Shown here: piece by piece, positions 23,195 through 33,300 of the stretch
How the letters are laid out: every line of letters starts with the position of its first letter
Position numbering within the stretch: position 1 is the first letter of the stretch
Assembly: GCA_963716255.1 (NCBI GenBank)
Contig: OY970303.1
Location: forward strand, 1,440,001 to 1,504,000
Direction of reading: 5' to 3'
Origin: an uncultured Gemmatimonadales bacterium
GTDB lineage: Bacteria; Gemmatimonadota; Gemmatimonadetes; Longimicrobiales; Longimicrobiaceae
DNA: 64,000 nt
The notes under the pieces: model-generated
Told to the model about the DNA's origin: nothing
The model's input: the letters and a program-made list of their open reading frames with translations, nothing else
Database searches by the model: none
Position numbers and translations under genes: made by a program

Positions 23195-24442
23195 TTAAAC
23201 GCCAGCCGCAGCAGCAGACATCTGCGCCGGGTAGTGGGTCTCCACGTACTCGTCCAGGATGCGCTTGAACTCCTCGGCGATGAAGTCTCCCTTGAGCGTC
23301 ACCCGGTGCTCGCCGTCCACGTACACGGGCGCCTTGGGCTCCTCGAAGGTGCCCGGGAGCGAGATGCCCAGGTTGGCGTGCCGGCTCTCGCCGGGCCCGT
23401 TCACGACGCACCCCATCACGGCCACCTTCATCTCCTCCACGCCCGGGTGCGTGTCGCGCCACACGGGCATCTGGTCGCGCAGGTAGCCCTGGATGTCTTC
23501 GGCCAGCTTCTGGAAGTAGGTGGAGGTGGTGCGCCCGCACCCGGGGCAGCTGGTGACCTGCGGGGTGAAGGAGCGGATCTCCAGCGACTGGAGCACCTGC
23601 TGGGCGACCCGGACCTCCTCGCTCCGGTCTCCGCCCGGGCTGGGGGTGAGCGACACGCGGATGGTGTCGCCGATGCCCTGCTGGAGGAGGATGGACAGCC
23701 CGGCGGCGGAGGCCACCACGCCCTTGTTGCCCATGCCGGCCTCGGTGAGGCCCAGGTGCAGCGGGTAGTCGCAGAGCGAGGCGAGGCGGCGGTACACGGC
23801 CACGAGGTCCTGCACCCCGCTCACCTTGGCGGACAGGATGATGCGGTCGTGCCCAAGCCCGACTTCCTCGGCGAGCGCGGCGGAGCGCAGCGCGCTCTCG
23901 ATCATGGCGCTGCGCAGCACTTCCTGCGCGTCCACGCGGTCTTCCAGGGGGAGCCCGGCGTTGGCGTCCATCATCTGCGCGAGGAGGCTCTGGTCCAGGG
24001 AGCCCCAGTTGACGCCGATGCGCACGGGTTTGCCGTAGCGGATCGCCTGCTCCACGATGGTGGCGAAGTTGGCGTCGCGCCGGCTGGTGCCCACGTTGCC
24101 CGGGTTGATGCGGTACTTGGCGAGCGCCCGCGCGGTGTCCGGGTACCGGGTGAGCAGCTGGTGCCCGTTGTAGTGGAAGTCGCCCACGAGGGGGACGTCG
24201 ACGCCGCGCGCGAGCAGCCCGTCCACGATGTACGGCACGGCGCGGGCGGCTTCGTCGTTGTTGACGGTGACGCGGACCAGCTCGCTCCCCGCGCGCCAGA
24301 GCGCGGCGACCTGGCGCACGGTTCCCTCCACGTCGGCCGTGTCGGTGTTGGTCATGGACTGCACCACCACCGGGTGCTCGCTCCCGACCGGGACGCCGCC
24401 GACGTCGACGGAAACGGTCCTCCTGCGCTGGATGGCTGACAT
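23195..24442 (-). CDS. ispG: HMBPP synthase IspG (GcpE)
   Basis: [52 protein letters not shown]. Confidence 0.97.
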   Translation of the reverse strand: MSAIQRRRTVSVDVGGVPVGSEHPVVVQSMTNTDTADVEGTVRQVAALWRAGSELVRVTVNNDEAARAVPYIVDGLLARGVDVPLVGDFHYNGHQLLTRYPDTARALAKYRINPGNVGTSRRDANFATIVEQAIRYGKPVRIGVNWGSLDQSLLAQMMDANAGLPLEDRVDAQEVLRSAMIESALRSAALAEEVGLGHDRIILSAKVSGVQDLVAVYRRLASLCDYPLHLGLTEAGMGNKGVVASAAGLSILLQQGIGDTIRVSLTPSPGGDRSEEVRVAQQVLQSLEIRSFTPQVTSCPGCGRTTSTYFQKLAEDIQGYLRDQMPVWRDTHPGVEEMKVAVMGCVVNGPGESRHANLGISLPGTFEEPKAPVYVDGEHRVTLKGDFIAEEFKRILDEYVETHYPAQMSAAAAGV

Positions 24443-24555
24443 CTGCCCGTTGGGTGTTGTGCGGGTACCGCCCCTGGATAAGGCTGAAATCTAGCGGCGG
24501 GCGGGGGTTACGGGGAAGCGGGGCCCCACCCGCCGGGCACGCCCGCGCCAGCCCC

Positions 24556-24691
24556 GCGTGAGGGATTCCGGCCCGAAGGGGCGAGACCCGGCGGCTGTTT
24601 GCCGGGGCTCGACTCCGTTACGCACGGTTGTTTCGTGCGTTACGGAGCCGAAGCCCGACCCCGGCGCCAGCCGGGGGCACGCCCGAACCCG
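24556..24691 (+). repeat. Structured repeat family 1, copy 7
   Basis: Near-consensus copy. Confidence 0.95.
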
Positions 24692-24700
24692 CCGTCATCC

Positions 24701-26272
24701 CTACTCCCTGCTCCCCCCGCCGGGCAGCCTCGCTTCCCGATTGGCGGCGTGGTAAAGCACGCTCGCGGCGACGACCGAGGCCTGCTTGAGGTCGTCCTCG
24801 ATGAGCATGGCGGCGACGTCGCGGTTGGTGTGGTGGGTGCGGGTGTCGTAGTCCAGCGGGTCCTGGATGAAGGTGAAGGCGGGGATCCCGGCGCCCACGA
24901 AGGGCATGTGGTCGGTGCTCCCGGTGTTGCGCAGGGTGACGCTGGCGGCGCCCAGGTCGCGGAAGGGCTCCAGCCAGGCGGCGAAGACCGGGCGGACGGC
25001 GGCGTTCCCCTGGGCGTAGAGGCCGCGGATGCGGCCGGCGCCGTTGTCGATGTTGAAGTACGCGAAGGGCGGACGGACGCCGGGGCGGAGGCGCCCGGTG
25101 GCGGGATCGCCGTAGTGCCTGCGGACGTAGCCGCCGGAGCCGAAGTAGTCTTCGTGCTCTTCGCCGTCCCAGAGCGCGACGCGGATGGTGCGCCGCGGCC
25201 GGGCCCCGACGGCCCTGAGGATGCGCGCGGCCTCCATGGCCACGGCCACCCCGGCGGCGTTGTCGGTGGCGCCGGTGCCCACGTTCCACGAGTCCAGGTG
25301 CCCGCCCACCAGGACCACTTCGTCGCGGAGGCGCGGGTCGCTCCCGGGGATCTCGGCGACCACGTTGTAGCCCACGGAATCGGCGGTGGTCTCGCGGGTG
25401 CGCAGCTCCACCTCCAGGACCGGCGCGGCGCCGGCGCGCACCAGGTTGGCGAGGCGCGCGTAGTCGCCGGCTTCCACCACGAAGGCGGGGACGGTGCCGG
25501 ACACGTCGCTGTCGTACGCCTGGTAGGCGGAGACGTTCACGGCGTGGGCGCCGCGGCCGGGCTCCAGCAGGGCGGCGACGCCCTCCTCGCGCAGCAGGGC
25601 TGAGAAGCGGTGCCGCGCCCGCACCCGGTCGGCGTAGCCGCCGGCGTCGTCCTCGTAGGTGCGCGGGGAGCCGGGGTCGGTGTCGCGCGCCATGGAGTCC
25701 AGGCGCGCGTCGCTCAGGCGGCGCCCCGTGGCGGCGAAGCGGGTGCTGTCCAGCGAGGCGTCGCCGCTCAGCACGATCCTGCCGCGGAGCCGGCCGCGGT
25801 GCCTGGCCAGGTCGGCCTCGCTTCGCAGCACGGCCAGCACGGGCTCGCCGCGCACCACGCCGGCGGTGGCGGGGCTCCACGCCTTCGGGTAGGCGACGAT
25901 GCGCTCGTAGTACGGCGACACCAGCTCCACGGAGTGGCGGGCGACCTCCCAGCCGCGGCCGCGGCGCGTCCCCCACGGCTCCAGCGCGGCGCCCGCCAGC
26001 CCGAAGGCGGTCATGCGGTCGCGCGCCCACTCCGCGGCGCGGCGGTACCCGGGCGACCCGGCCAGCCGGGGGCCGTTGACGTCGGACAGGTGGACGGCGG
26101 TCTCCAGGACGCGGGAGCGGTTCATCCCCTCGTCGCGGATGCGTGCGTTCATGGCGGCGTCCACCCGCTCGGCGGCGACGGGCGCGGCGGGGGCGGCCGT
26201 CTGCTGGGCGAGCGCGGGGAGCGGCGCGGCGAGCAGCGCCAGGAGCAGGAGCCGGGAGCGGATGGGGGTCAT
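24701..26272 (-). CDS. Secreted M28-family peptidase
   Basis: Signal peptide; GGHLDSW, GATDNAAG, GEE, STDH, HHTN. Confidence 0.9.
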   Translation of the reverse strand: MTPIRSRLLLLALLAAPLPALAQQTAAPAAPVAAERVDAAMNARIRDEGMNRSRVLETAVHLSDVNGPRLAGSPGYRRAAEWARDRMTAFGLAGAALEPWGTRRGRGWEVARHSVELVSPYYERIVAYPKAWSPATAGVVRGEPVLAVLRSEADLARHRGRLRGRIVLSGDASLDSTRFAATGRRLSDARLDSMARDTDPGSPRTYEDDAGGYADRVRARHRFSALLREEGVAALLEPGRGAHAVNVSAYQAYDSDVSGTVPAFVVEAGDYARLANLVRAGAAPVLEVELRTRETTADSVGYNVVAEIPGSDPRLRDEVVLVGGHLDSWNVGTGATDNAAGVAVAMEAARILRAVGARPRRTIRVALWDGEEHEDYFGSGGYVRRHYGDPATGRLRPGVRPPFAYFNIDNGAGRIRGLYAQGNAAVRPVFAAWLEPFRDLGAASVTLRNTGSTDHMPFVGAGIPAFTFIQDPLDYDTRTHHTNRDVAAMLIEDDLKQASVVAASVLYHAANREARLPGGGSRE

Positions 26273-26374
26273 GGGGCGCGTGGAGCGTCGGGAGGTGGGG
26301 CGCGGCGGGCGGGCCGCGCCGGGACGTGGCGTGAGGATAGCCGGGCGCGGCGGGGCGTGTCCACCCCCGCGGGG

Positions 26375-27055
26375 TCACTCCGGGGGCGGGCGCAGGGTGA
26401 GCAGGTGGATCTCCTGGCTCCCGGCGGGGGCGTAGTCGGTGGGCTCGCGGACGCGCGCTTCCTCCACGGTCCAGCCGCGCCACGCCATGCGCGCGACGAA
26501 CTCGGAGCGGTACACGCGCCCCGGGTCGGCGACCACGGCGATGCCGCCCGGCGCCACCAGCCGCGGGAGCGCGAGCGACAGGCTCTCGGCGTTGCGCATC
26601 TCGTACAGCACGTCCGCGGCGACCACGCGCTCGAAGCGCCCCAGCTCTTCGGGCACTTCGCGCCAGTCCATCTCCGCGGTGCGCAGCCCGGGGAGCCCGT
26701 TGCGCTCGGCGTTGGCCCGCGCGAAGAGCAGCGCGTCGGCGTACCAGTCGGTGGCGAGCACGTCCGCCCCGCGCGACAGCAGCGCCAGCGACGGCAGCCC
26801 CACCCCGGACCCCAGCTCCAGCACCCGCCCCCCGGGCGCGGGCTCCGCCACCAGCCGCCGCGCCAGCGCCCGCGCGGAGGGCCACAGGTCGGCCCAGTAC
26901 GGGAGCCGCTCGTCCTCGTCGAACTCCGCCTCGTCGATCAGTTCCTCGGCCGCGTCGGGGAGCAGGATCTCCAGGGAGAGCGGCCCGTGCTCGAAGGTCT
27001 CGGTGCGGACCCGGAAGCGGGCGCGGAGCTGGGACTCGAGGTCGGAAGGGGGCAC
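26375..27055 (-). CDS. SAM-dependent methyltransferase (family 16-like)
   Basis: PYWADLWPS, VLELGSGVG, AADVLY, ADPGR. Confidence 0.88.
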   Translation of the reverse strand: MPPSDLESQLRARFRVRTETFEHGPLSLEILLPDAAEELIDEAEFDEDERLPYWADLWPSARALARRLVAEPAPGGRVLELGSGVGLPSLALLSRGADVLATDWYADALLFARANAERNGLPGLRTAEMDWREVPEELGRFERVVAADVLYEMRNAESLSLALPRLVAPGGIAVVADPGRVYRSEFVARMAWRGWTVEEARVREPTDYAPAGSQEIHLLTLRPPPE

Positions 27056-27097
27056 GGAAGAGGGGACAGGTTACGGGGGACGGGGGACAGCCCAACG

Positions 27098-27200
27098 GCC
27101 CTCACCCGGCTCGCTTGAGGCTCGCCACCCTTTCCCGCTTGCGGGGGAGAGGAGGCCGGGGGGTGAGAGGGCCGGCACTGGCGGACGCCAGCGCAAAACC
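27098..27200 (+). repeat. Family 3 module and linker preceding family 1 copy 8
   Basis: CCCTCACCCGGCTCGCTTGAGGCTCGCCACCC, hairpin, GCGGACGCCAGCGC linker. Confidence 0.8.
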
Positions 27201-27201
27201 C

Positions 27202-27335
27202 GCGTGAGGGATTTCGGCCCGAAGGGGCGAGACCCGGCGGCCGTTTGCCGGGGCTCGACTCCGTTGCACACGGTCGTTTCGTGTGCTACGGAGCCGAAGC
27301 CCGACCCCGCGCCAGCGGGGGCACGCCCGACCCCG
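27202..27335 (+). repeat. Structured repeat family 1, copy 8
   Basis: Inner stem GCACACG/CGTGTGC; last hairpin shortened by one pair on both arms. Confidence 0.95.
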
Positions 27336-27450
27336 CCGTTCAGAGTCGTTCCGTCGTCCGCCGTTCCAGCGTCTTGCCGCCACCGTCCGGAACCCGGTAC
27401 CTTGGACCTGCGCGAAAGTACCCCCGGCGCAGACCGTCCGAAAGCCCCCG

Positions 27451-28716
27451 ATGGCCCGCTCGTTCGAACGCCGCCTGAGAACGGCCCTGGTCCTGTTCTC
27501 CATCTTCCCGTCGCTCCTGCTGCTGGGCGCCGGGACGTACGTGCTGTCCGCCACCGTGGCGCGCACTGACTCGCTCGGCGCCTGGGAGCGCATCGCGGCG
27601 AGCGGCCGCGAGCTGGTGGGACGCGCGGAGGCGAGCGGCGACCCTGGGCTCGCGGCCGCGGGTGCCCTGCACCGCGAGGAGCTGTCCGCCTCGCTGACGC
27701 AGGCGCGGCGCTGGGAGTTCCTGCTGGAGCGCGCCCTGGTGGCGCTGCCGCTGGCGGCGGTGCTGCTGGGGGCGTTCCTGGCGTGGATGGCCTTCCGCGC
27801 GTCGCGGGGGATCGCGCACGGACTGTCGCGGCCGGTGGGCGAGCTGGTGGGGTGGGCCGGCCGGGTGGGGCGCGGCGAGGCGCTCCCCCCGCCCGGGGCC
27901 GGCGACGCGGGCGAGGACGACGAGTTCGCGCTCCTGCGCGCGGCGTTCCGGCAGATGGAGGCGGAGCTGGCGGCGTCGCGCGCCCGGGCGCTGGAAACGG
28001 AGCGCATGCGCACCTGGGTGTCCATGGCGCGCGGCGTGGCCCACGAGCTAAAGAACCCTCTGACGCCCATGCGGCTGGCGGTGCGCACGCTGGAGTCGCA
28101 GGATGCCGCGCGCGACCCGGCGGCGCGCGAGGCGCTGGAGGTGATCGCGGCGGAGTCGGCGCGGCTGGAGGAGCTGGCGCGCTCCTTCGCGCAGCTGGGG
28201 CGCATGCCGGAGGGGCCGGCCAGCGAGATCGACCTGCCGGAGATGCTGGACTACCTGCTGCGCACCCACCTCCCCCCGGAGGTGCAGCCGCGCCTGCGCG
28301 CCGCGGTGGACCTGTCGCCGGTGGTGGGGCACTACGACGCGCTCTCGCGGGCCTTCGCCAACCTTCTCCTCAACGCCGCGGACGCCGTGGGCGGCGCCGG
28401 GGCGGTCACGGTGGTGGCGCGCTCGCTGGGCGACCGGGTGGAGGTGCGGGTGACGGACACCGGGCCCGGGATCGCGCCGGAGAACCTGGAGCGCATCTGG
28501 GAGCCGGACTTCACCACCAAGTCGCGCGGCACCGGGCTGGGGCTGGCGCTGGTGCGGCAGACGGTGCGCGCCCACGGCGGCGAGGTGGCCGCCCGCAACC
28601 GGCCGGAGGGCGGCGCCGAGTTCCGCGTGCTCCTCCCCGCCGCCCGCCCCTCCCGCCCCGCCCTGTCCGCCCCCCGCGCCGGCGGCGCTGAAACACCCGG
28701 CGCGCCCCGGGCGTAG
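27451..28716 (+). CDS. HAMP sensor histidine kinase (NtrY-like)
   Basis: Two TM segments, MARGVAHELKNPLTPM, DTGPGI, FTTK, GTGLGL. Confidence 0.9.
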   Translation: MARSFERRLRTALVLFSIFPSLLLLGAGTYVLSATVARTDSLGAWERIAASGRELVGRAEASGDPGLAAAGALHREELSASLTQARRWEFLLERALVALPLAAVLLGAFLAWMAFRASRGIAHGLSRPVGELVGWAGRVGRGEALPPPGAGDAGEDDEFALLRAAFRQMEAELAASRARALETERMRTWVSMARGVAHELKNPLTPMRLAVRTLESQDAARDPAAREALEVIAAESARLEELARSFAQLGRMPEGPASEIDLPEMLDYLLRTHLPPEVQPRLRAAVDLSPVVGHYDALSRAFANLLLNAADAVGGAGAVTVVARSLGDRVEVRVTDTGPGIAPENLERIWEPDFTTKSRGTGLGLALVRQTVRAHGGEVAARNRPEGGAEFRVLLPAARPSRPALSAPRAGGAETPGAPRA

Positions 28717-28769
28717 AAGGGGCGCCGCCGCTTCCCGGCGGCCCGCGCCCCTCCCCGGAACCCGACCCC

Positions 28770-30134
28770 ATGTCCACCATCCTGATCGCCGACGACGAGC
28801 CGAACATCCGCCGGATGCTCGGCGCCCTGCTGCGCGCCGAGGGGTTCCGCGTCCGCGAGACCGGCACCGCCCGCGGCGCCCTGGCGGAGGTGCTCGCCGA
28901 GGAGCCGGACGCGGCGCTGATGGACCTGTACATGCCCGAGGAGACGGGGCTGGACGTGCTCCCCCGCATCCAGGAGGCCGCGCCGGACCTGCCGGTGGTG
29001 ATGATGAGCGGCCGCGCCACCCTTTCGGACGCGGTGCGCGCCACCAAGCTGGGCGCCTTCCACTTCATCGAGAAGCCGCTCTCCCCCGAGTCGGTGCTGG
29101 TGACGCTGCGCTCGGCGCTGGAGCTGCGCAGGGCGCGCGAGCTGAACCGGGCGCTGCGCGAGGAGCTGGGCGAGGGGTGGGAGATGGTGGGGCGCGGCGA
29201 GCGCATGGACGCGGTCCGCGCCCTGATCGAGCGGGTGGCGGGGACCCCGGCGCGGGTGCTGATCACCGGCGAGTCGGGGACGGGCAAGGAGCTGGCGGCG
29301 GCGGCCATCCACCGCCTGTCGCCGCGCGCCGGCGGGCCGTTCGTGCGCATCAACTGCGCCGCCATCCCCCGCGACCTGGTGGAGTCGGAGCTGTTCGGGC
29401 ACGAGAAGGGGTCGTTCACCGGGGCCACGGAGCGGCGGCGCGGGCGCTTCGAGCTGGCCAGCGGGGGGACGCTCTTCCTGGACGAGATCGGCGACCTCAG
29501 CCCGGAGGCGCAGGCGAAGCTGCTGCGCGCCCTGGAGGCCGGCGAGATCGAGCGCGTGGGCGGCGCCGAGCCCATTCCCGTAGACGTGCGCGTGCTCTCC
29601 GCCACCAACAAGGACCTGCGCGCCGAGGTGGCCGCCGGGCGGTTCCGCGAGGACCTGTTCTTCCGGCTGCACGTCATCCCGCTGCACCTTCCCCCGCTGC
29701 GCGAGCGGCGCGAGGACGTGCCGCTGCTGGTGGAGCACTTCCTGGCCCGCAACCGGGCGCGCACCGGGCTGCAGCCGCCGCGCATGGCGGCGTTGGCCGT
29801 GGAGGCGCTGGCGCGGCACCCGTGGCCGGGGAACGTGCGCGAGCTGGGCAACATCGTGGAGCGGCTCACCATCCTGCACGCGGGGGCGGAGGTGGGGGTC
29901 GCGGAGATCCGGGCGCTGCTTGCGGGGGCGGCCGTGGGCTCCGGGCCGGACGCGGCCGGGTTCCGGGACGACGAGTCGGGGTCGCTGTCCGACCGGCTGG
30001 ACGAGTACGAGAAGTTCCTGCTGCTCCAGGCGCTGGAGGCCGCCGACGGGAGCATGGCGGAGGCGGCGCGGCGACTTCAGACCGATCGCGCGAACCTGTA
30101 CCGGCGGATGCGGCGTCTGGGGATCGAGCGGTAG
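28770..30134 (+). CDS. Sigma-54-dependent response regulator (NtrC/NtrX-like)
   Basis: Receiver domain, GESGTGKE, GSFTGA, FLDEIG, WPGNVREL, C-terminal HTH. Confidence 0.94.
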   Translation: MSTILIADDEPNIRRMLGALLRAEGFRVRETGTARGALAEVLAEEPDAALMDLYMPEETGLDVLPRIQEAAPDLPVVMMSGRATLSDAVRATKLGAFHFIEKPLSPESVLVTLRSALELRRARELNRALREELGEGWEMVGRGERMDAVRALIERVAGTPARVLITGESGTGKELAAAAIHRLSPRAGGPFVRINCAAIPRDLVESELFGHEKGSFTGATERRRGRFELASGGTLFLDEIGDLSPEAQAKLLRALEAGEIERVGGAEPIPVDVRVLSATNKDLRAEVAAGRFREDLFFRLHVIPLHLPPLRERREDVPLLVEHFLARNRARTGLQPPRMAALAVEALARHPWPGNVRELGNIVERLTILHAGAEVGVAEIRALLAGAAVGSGPDAAGFRDDESGSLSDRLDEYEKFLLLQALEAADGSMAEAARRLQTDRANLYRRMRRLGIER

Positions 30135-30160
30135 CGACTTCAGCATCAATGTGTCTTGGC

Positions 30161-30343
30161 GGGGGCCGCTGCGGAGCCCGGCGGAAACTGCCCCGCCGGT
30201 CTCCTCCGCGGGCTCCGGGAGCCCCGCCAAACTGCCGGCGGGTCTCCCTGCGCCGGAGTGAGCCAGCCGAAACTGCCCGGCTGTCTCCCTCCGAACAGAT
30301 TTTTATGGGTACGGCGAACGGCGCAATGGCGAACGGCCGAACC
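30161..30343 (-). repeat. Triple-hairpin repeat, family 2, copy B
   Basis: Three units at 30174-30203, 30219-30246 and 30260-30287, plus heptamer-like tail; reverse complement of copy A architecture. Confidence 0.85.
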
Positions 30344-30499
30344 GATCCGGCCGCTCGCGCGGAGTACGACGGACGCGGGCAGCGGCGAAAGGAGACACGC
30401 TCCCGCGTCTTTCCGACACGAAAACGGGCGCCAGCGACGACGCCCCGCAAGGCCAAGTCATTGCGGGGGAAACCCTTGGGAAAACACTGAAACCGGGCA

Positions 30500-30514
30500 T
30501 GGCCCGTGCCTTCA
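30500..30514 (+). promoter_or_regulatory. Possible sigma-54 -24/-12 site
   Basis: TGGCCCG-N4-TTCA; -24 is good but -12 deviates from TTGC. Confidence 0.25.
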
Positions 30515-30555
30515 GGCTGGCCGCCGGACTTCAGCTTCCCATCCACGGAGGAACC

Positions 30556-32337
30556 ATGCGCAGCTCCCTCATCGCCCTTTCCGTCCTGCTCCTGGCCGCG
30601 GCGCCCGCCGCCACGCAGGAGCCCGCGGCGGACGCCGCCCGGGCGGACACCCTCAGCCGGATGGACCTCCCCCCCGAGGTCGCGGAGGAGGTGATCGATT
30701 TCTTCAACGACCAGCGCACCCTTCACTTCAGCGGGCGCACCCGCATCCCCGAGGAGCGCGCCATCGACGGCGACGTGGGCGTGCTCGGGGGCCCGCTCGT
30801 GGTGGCCGGGCGCATCGAGGGGCGGGTGGTGGTGATCAACGGCGACGTGGAGCTCCTCCCCGGCGCGGTGGTGGACGGCGACCTCACCGTGGTCGGCGGG
30901 GAGATCACGGGGCTGGACGGGGCCCGCGTCACCGGCGAGGTGCTCACGTACACGGAGCGGCTGCGCTTCGTGCACCGCGGCGACCGCATCGCCCGCAGGG
31001 GCGGCGACCGGCGCCGGGACCGCGATGCCGGCCGGGAGGGGGACGGCGCGAGCGGACGGGCCACCTTCCTGGTGACCAGCGGGCAGAGTTACAACCGGGT
31101 GGAGGGGCTCCCGGTGCACTTCGGACCGTTGATCGAGACCTCGGGGTCCAACCCCTTCCGGCTGCGCGCGCTCGCCGTGTACCGCACCGAGAACGGCCCC
31201 TTCTTCCGCACCGAGCGGTGGGGGCACGACGTGAGCGCCGAGCAGTTCTTCGGCGGGCGGCGCGAGCTGCGCGTGGGCGGCGGCGTGTACTCCGTGGTGG
31301 CGCCCATCGAGGACTGGCACCTGAGCGACACCGAGAACGGGCTGTCCACCTTCCTCTTCCACCGCGACTTCCGCGACCACTACGAGCGCAAGGGGTGGAA
31401 CGCGTACGCCACGCTGGAGCCGCGGGGGACGCCGCTCTCGCTGACGGGCGGATACCGCTCCGAGCGGCACGCCAGCCTGGCCGCGGGCGACCCGTGGACC
31501 ATCTTCGACAACGGCGACGCCTGGCGTCCGCAGCCCCTCGTGGGCGAGGGGCGGCTCAACAGCATCTTCGCCACCGCCAGGATCGACACCCGCAACGACC
31601 GCGACGAGCCCTCGCACGGGTGGTACGTGCAGGGCGAGGTGGAGCACGCGCTGAACGACGGCCTGGTGCGCCCCGCCGCCCTCCGCCCCACGTTCGGGCC
31701 GCTCGACGAGTTCACGCTGGTCCCCGTCCCCGCCATGCCGTACGGCGCCTTCACCACGGGGCTGCTGGACGTGCGCCGCTACAACCGAATCGACCCGGAC
31801 TCGCGCCTGAACCTGCGGGTGGTGGTGGCGGGGTCGCTGGACGGGTCGGAGCTCCCGCCGCAGCGGCAGCACGCCCTGGGCGGCGAGGGGACGCTCCCCG
31901 GCTACTCGCTGCTGGAGCTGGACTGCGGCGCCCGGGTGGACCGGGTGGTGCGCCCGGTGTCCGGGGCCGACCCCACCGACCCCGACGCGCCGGCGTTCTT
32001 CACCGGCTACGGCTGCGACCGCTTCGCGCTGGCGCAGGCGGAGTACCGCGGCAACCTGTCTTTCCGCTTCAACTGGAGCGGGCGCGGGTGGTGGGACGAC
32101 GACGACGAGGGGGAGGAGGACGGCGAGCGCTACCGCGAGAGCTGGGACGCGGACGTGGACTGGGTGCTCTTCGCGGATGCGGGCCACGGCTGGTCCACGC
32201 GCGAGGGGCTGGGCGACGACACCGGGGTGGACGCCGGCTTCGGCCTGCTCTTCGACGAGCTGGGCGTGTACGCGGCGGTCCCGCTCCGCAACGGGCGCGG
32301 CGTGAACCTGTTCGTCCGGCTCGGATCCCGCTTTTGA
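30556..32337 (+). CDS. Outer-membrane beta-barrel protein with N-terminal bactofilin-like repeats
   Basis: GGAGG RBS, signal peptide, GDVxVxGG repeats, YNRVEG, terminal Phe. Confidence 0.7.
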   Translation: MRSSLIALSVLLLAAAPAATQEPAADAARADTLSRMDLPPEVAEEVIDFFNDQRTLHFSGRTRIPEERAIDGDVGVLGGPLVVAGRIEGRVVVINGDVELLPGAVVDGDLTVVGGEITGLDGARVTGEVLTYTERLRFVHRGDRIARRGGDRRRDRDAGREGDGASGRATFLVTSGQSYNRVEGLPVHFGPLIETSGSNPFRLRALAVYRTENGPFFRTERWGHDVSAEQFFGGRRELRVGGGVYSVVAPIEDWHLSDTENGLSTFLFHRDFRDHYERKGWNAYATLEPRGTPLSLTGGYRSERHASLAAGDPWTIFDNGDAWRPQPLVGEGRLNSIFATARIDTRNDRDEPSHGWYVQGEVEHALNDGLVRPAALRPTFGPLDEFTLVPVPAMPYGAFTTGLLDVRRYNRIDPDSRLNLRVVVAGSLDGSELPPQRQHALGGEGTLPGYSLLELDCGARVDRVVRPVSGADPTDPDAPAFFTGYGCDRFALAQAEYRGNLSFRFNWSGRGWWDDDDEGEEDGERYRESWDADVDWVLFADAGHGWSTREGLGDDTGVDAGFGLLFDELGVYAAVPLRNGRGVNLFVRLGSRF

Positions 32338-32966
32338 CCCTGCGCTCCCTGCGCCTGGCGGCCGTGCTCCCGCTCGCGCTCCTCGCCCTCGCCGGGCCGG
32401 CGCGCGCGCAGGGGGAGCGCCCCCTCACCGTGGCGTCGGCGGGGGCGGCGGCGGGGTGGCGCCCGACGGTGAGGACGCAGGGGCTGCTGGCCGACCGGGG
32501 GCTGCGCGACGCGCTGGACTCCGGGCTGCCGCTGCGCATCCGCTTTCGCGTGGAGCTGTGGGAGAAGAGCGTGTTCGACCGGCTGCAGGGGACGCACCGC
32601 GCCGCCCTCGCCGTGCTCCAGGACCCGCTGGACGGGGCGTACACGCTGGACGACGGCCGCGCCGAGCAGCGCTTCCGCTCGCTGGCGGCGGTGGAGAGCG
32701 CGGTGGAGGCCGCCTTCGCCGCGCCGCTGCACCCCACGCGGCGGGGACGCTTCTACTACATCGCCGTGCTGGAGATCGAAACGCTATCCCTTTCGGACCT
32801 GGAGGAACTGCAGCGCTGGCTCCGCGGCGAGGCTCGCCCCGCCGTGGAAGGCCGCCGCTCGGTGGGACGCGCCGTGGAGAGCGGCCTGCGCCGCGCCGTG
32901 GTGCGGGTGATGGGGCTGCCCACGCGCAAGTACGAGGCGAGGTCGGTGACGTTCTCGCCGAGATAG
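32334..32966 (+). CDS. Secreted DUF4390-like protein
   Basis: TTG start overlapping the upstream stop; signal peptide; LRDALDSGLPLR..VELW pattern. Confidence 0.6.
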   Translation: MTLRSLRLAAVLPLALLALAGPARAQGERPLTVASAGAAAGWRPTVRTQGLLADRGLRDALDSGLPLRIRFRVELWEKSVFDRLQGTHRAALAVLQDPLDGAYTLDDGRAEQRFRSLAAVESAVEAAFAAPLHPTRRGRFYYIAVLEIETLSLSDLEELQRWLRGEARPAVEGRRSVGRAVESGLRRAVVRVMGLPTRKYEARSVTFSPR

Positions 32967-33167
32967 GGAACAGGGAACAGCCTGCAACGGCGGCCCCCAC
33001 CCGGCTCGCTAGAGGCTCGCACGGCTTGCCCCCTATATCCCCCAATTCTGGGGGAGGGCTTCCCGACCCTCGGGCTCGTCGTGTCGTGCTCCCCCTTTCC
33101 CCCGCTTGCGGGGGAAAGGGGGCCGGGGGGTGAGGAGGCCCCACCCGCGGACGCCAGCGCGAGACCC
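32964..33167 (+). repeat. Composite family 3 block (empty-site homolog of the IS5 target)
   Basis: TAGGGAACAGGGAACAG, GGCTCGC core, CCCTATATCCCC hairpin, second hairpin, linker. Confidence 0.85.
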
Positions 33168-33300
33168 GCGTGAGGGATTTCGGCCCGAAGGGGCGAGACC
33201 CGCGCAGTTTGCGGGGCTCGACTCCGTTGCAGACGGTCGTTTCGTCTGCTACGGAGCCGAAGCCCGACCCCGGCGCCAGCCGGGGGCACGCCCGAACCCG
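33168..33300 (+). repeat. Structured repeat family 1, copy 9
   Basis: Inner stem GCAGACG/CGTCTGC; overlaps the 3' end of the next CDS. Confidence 0.95.
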
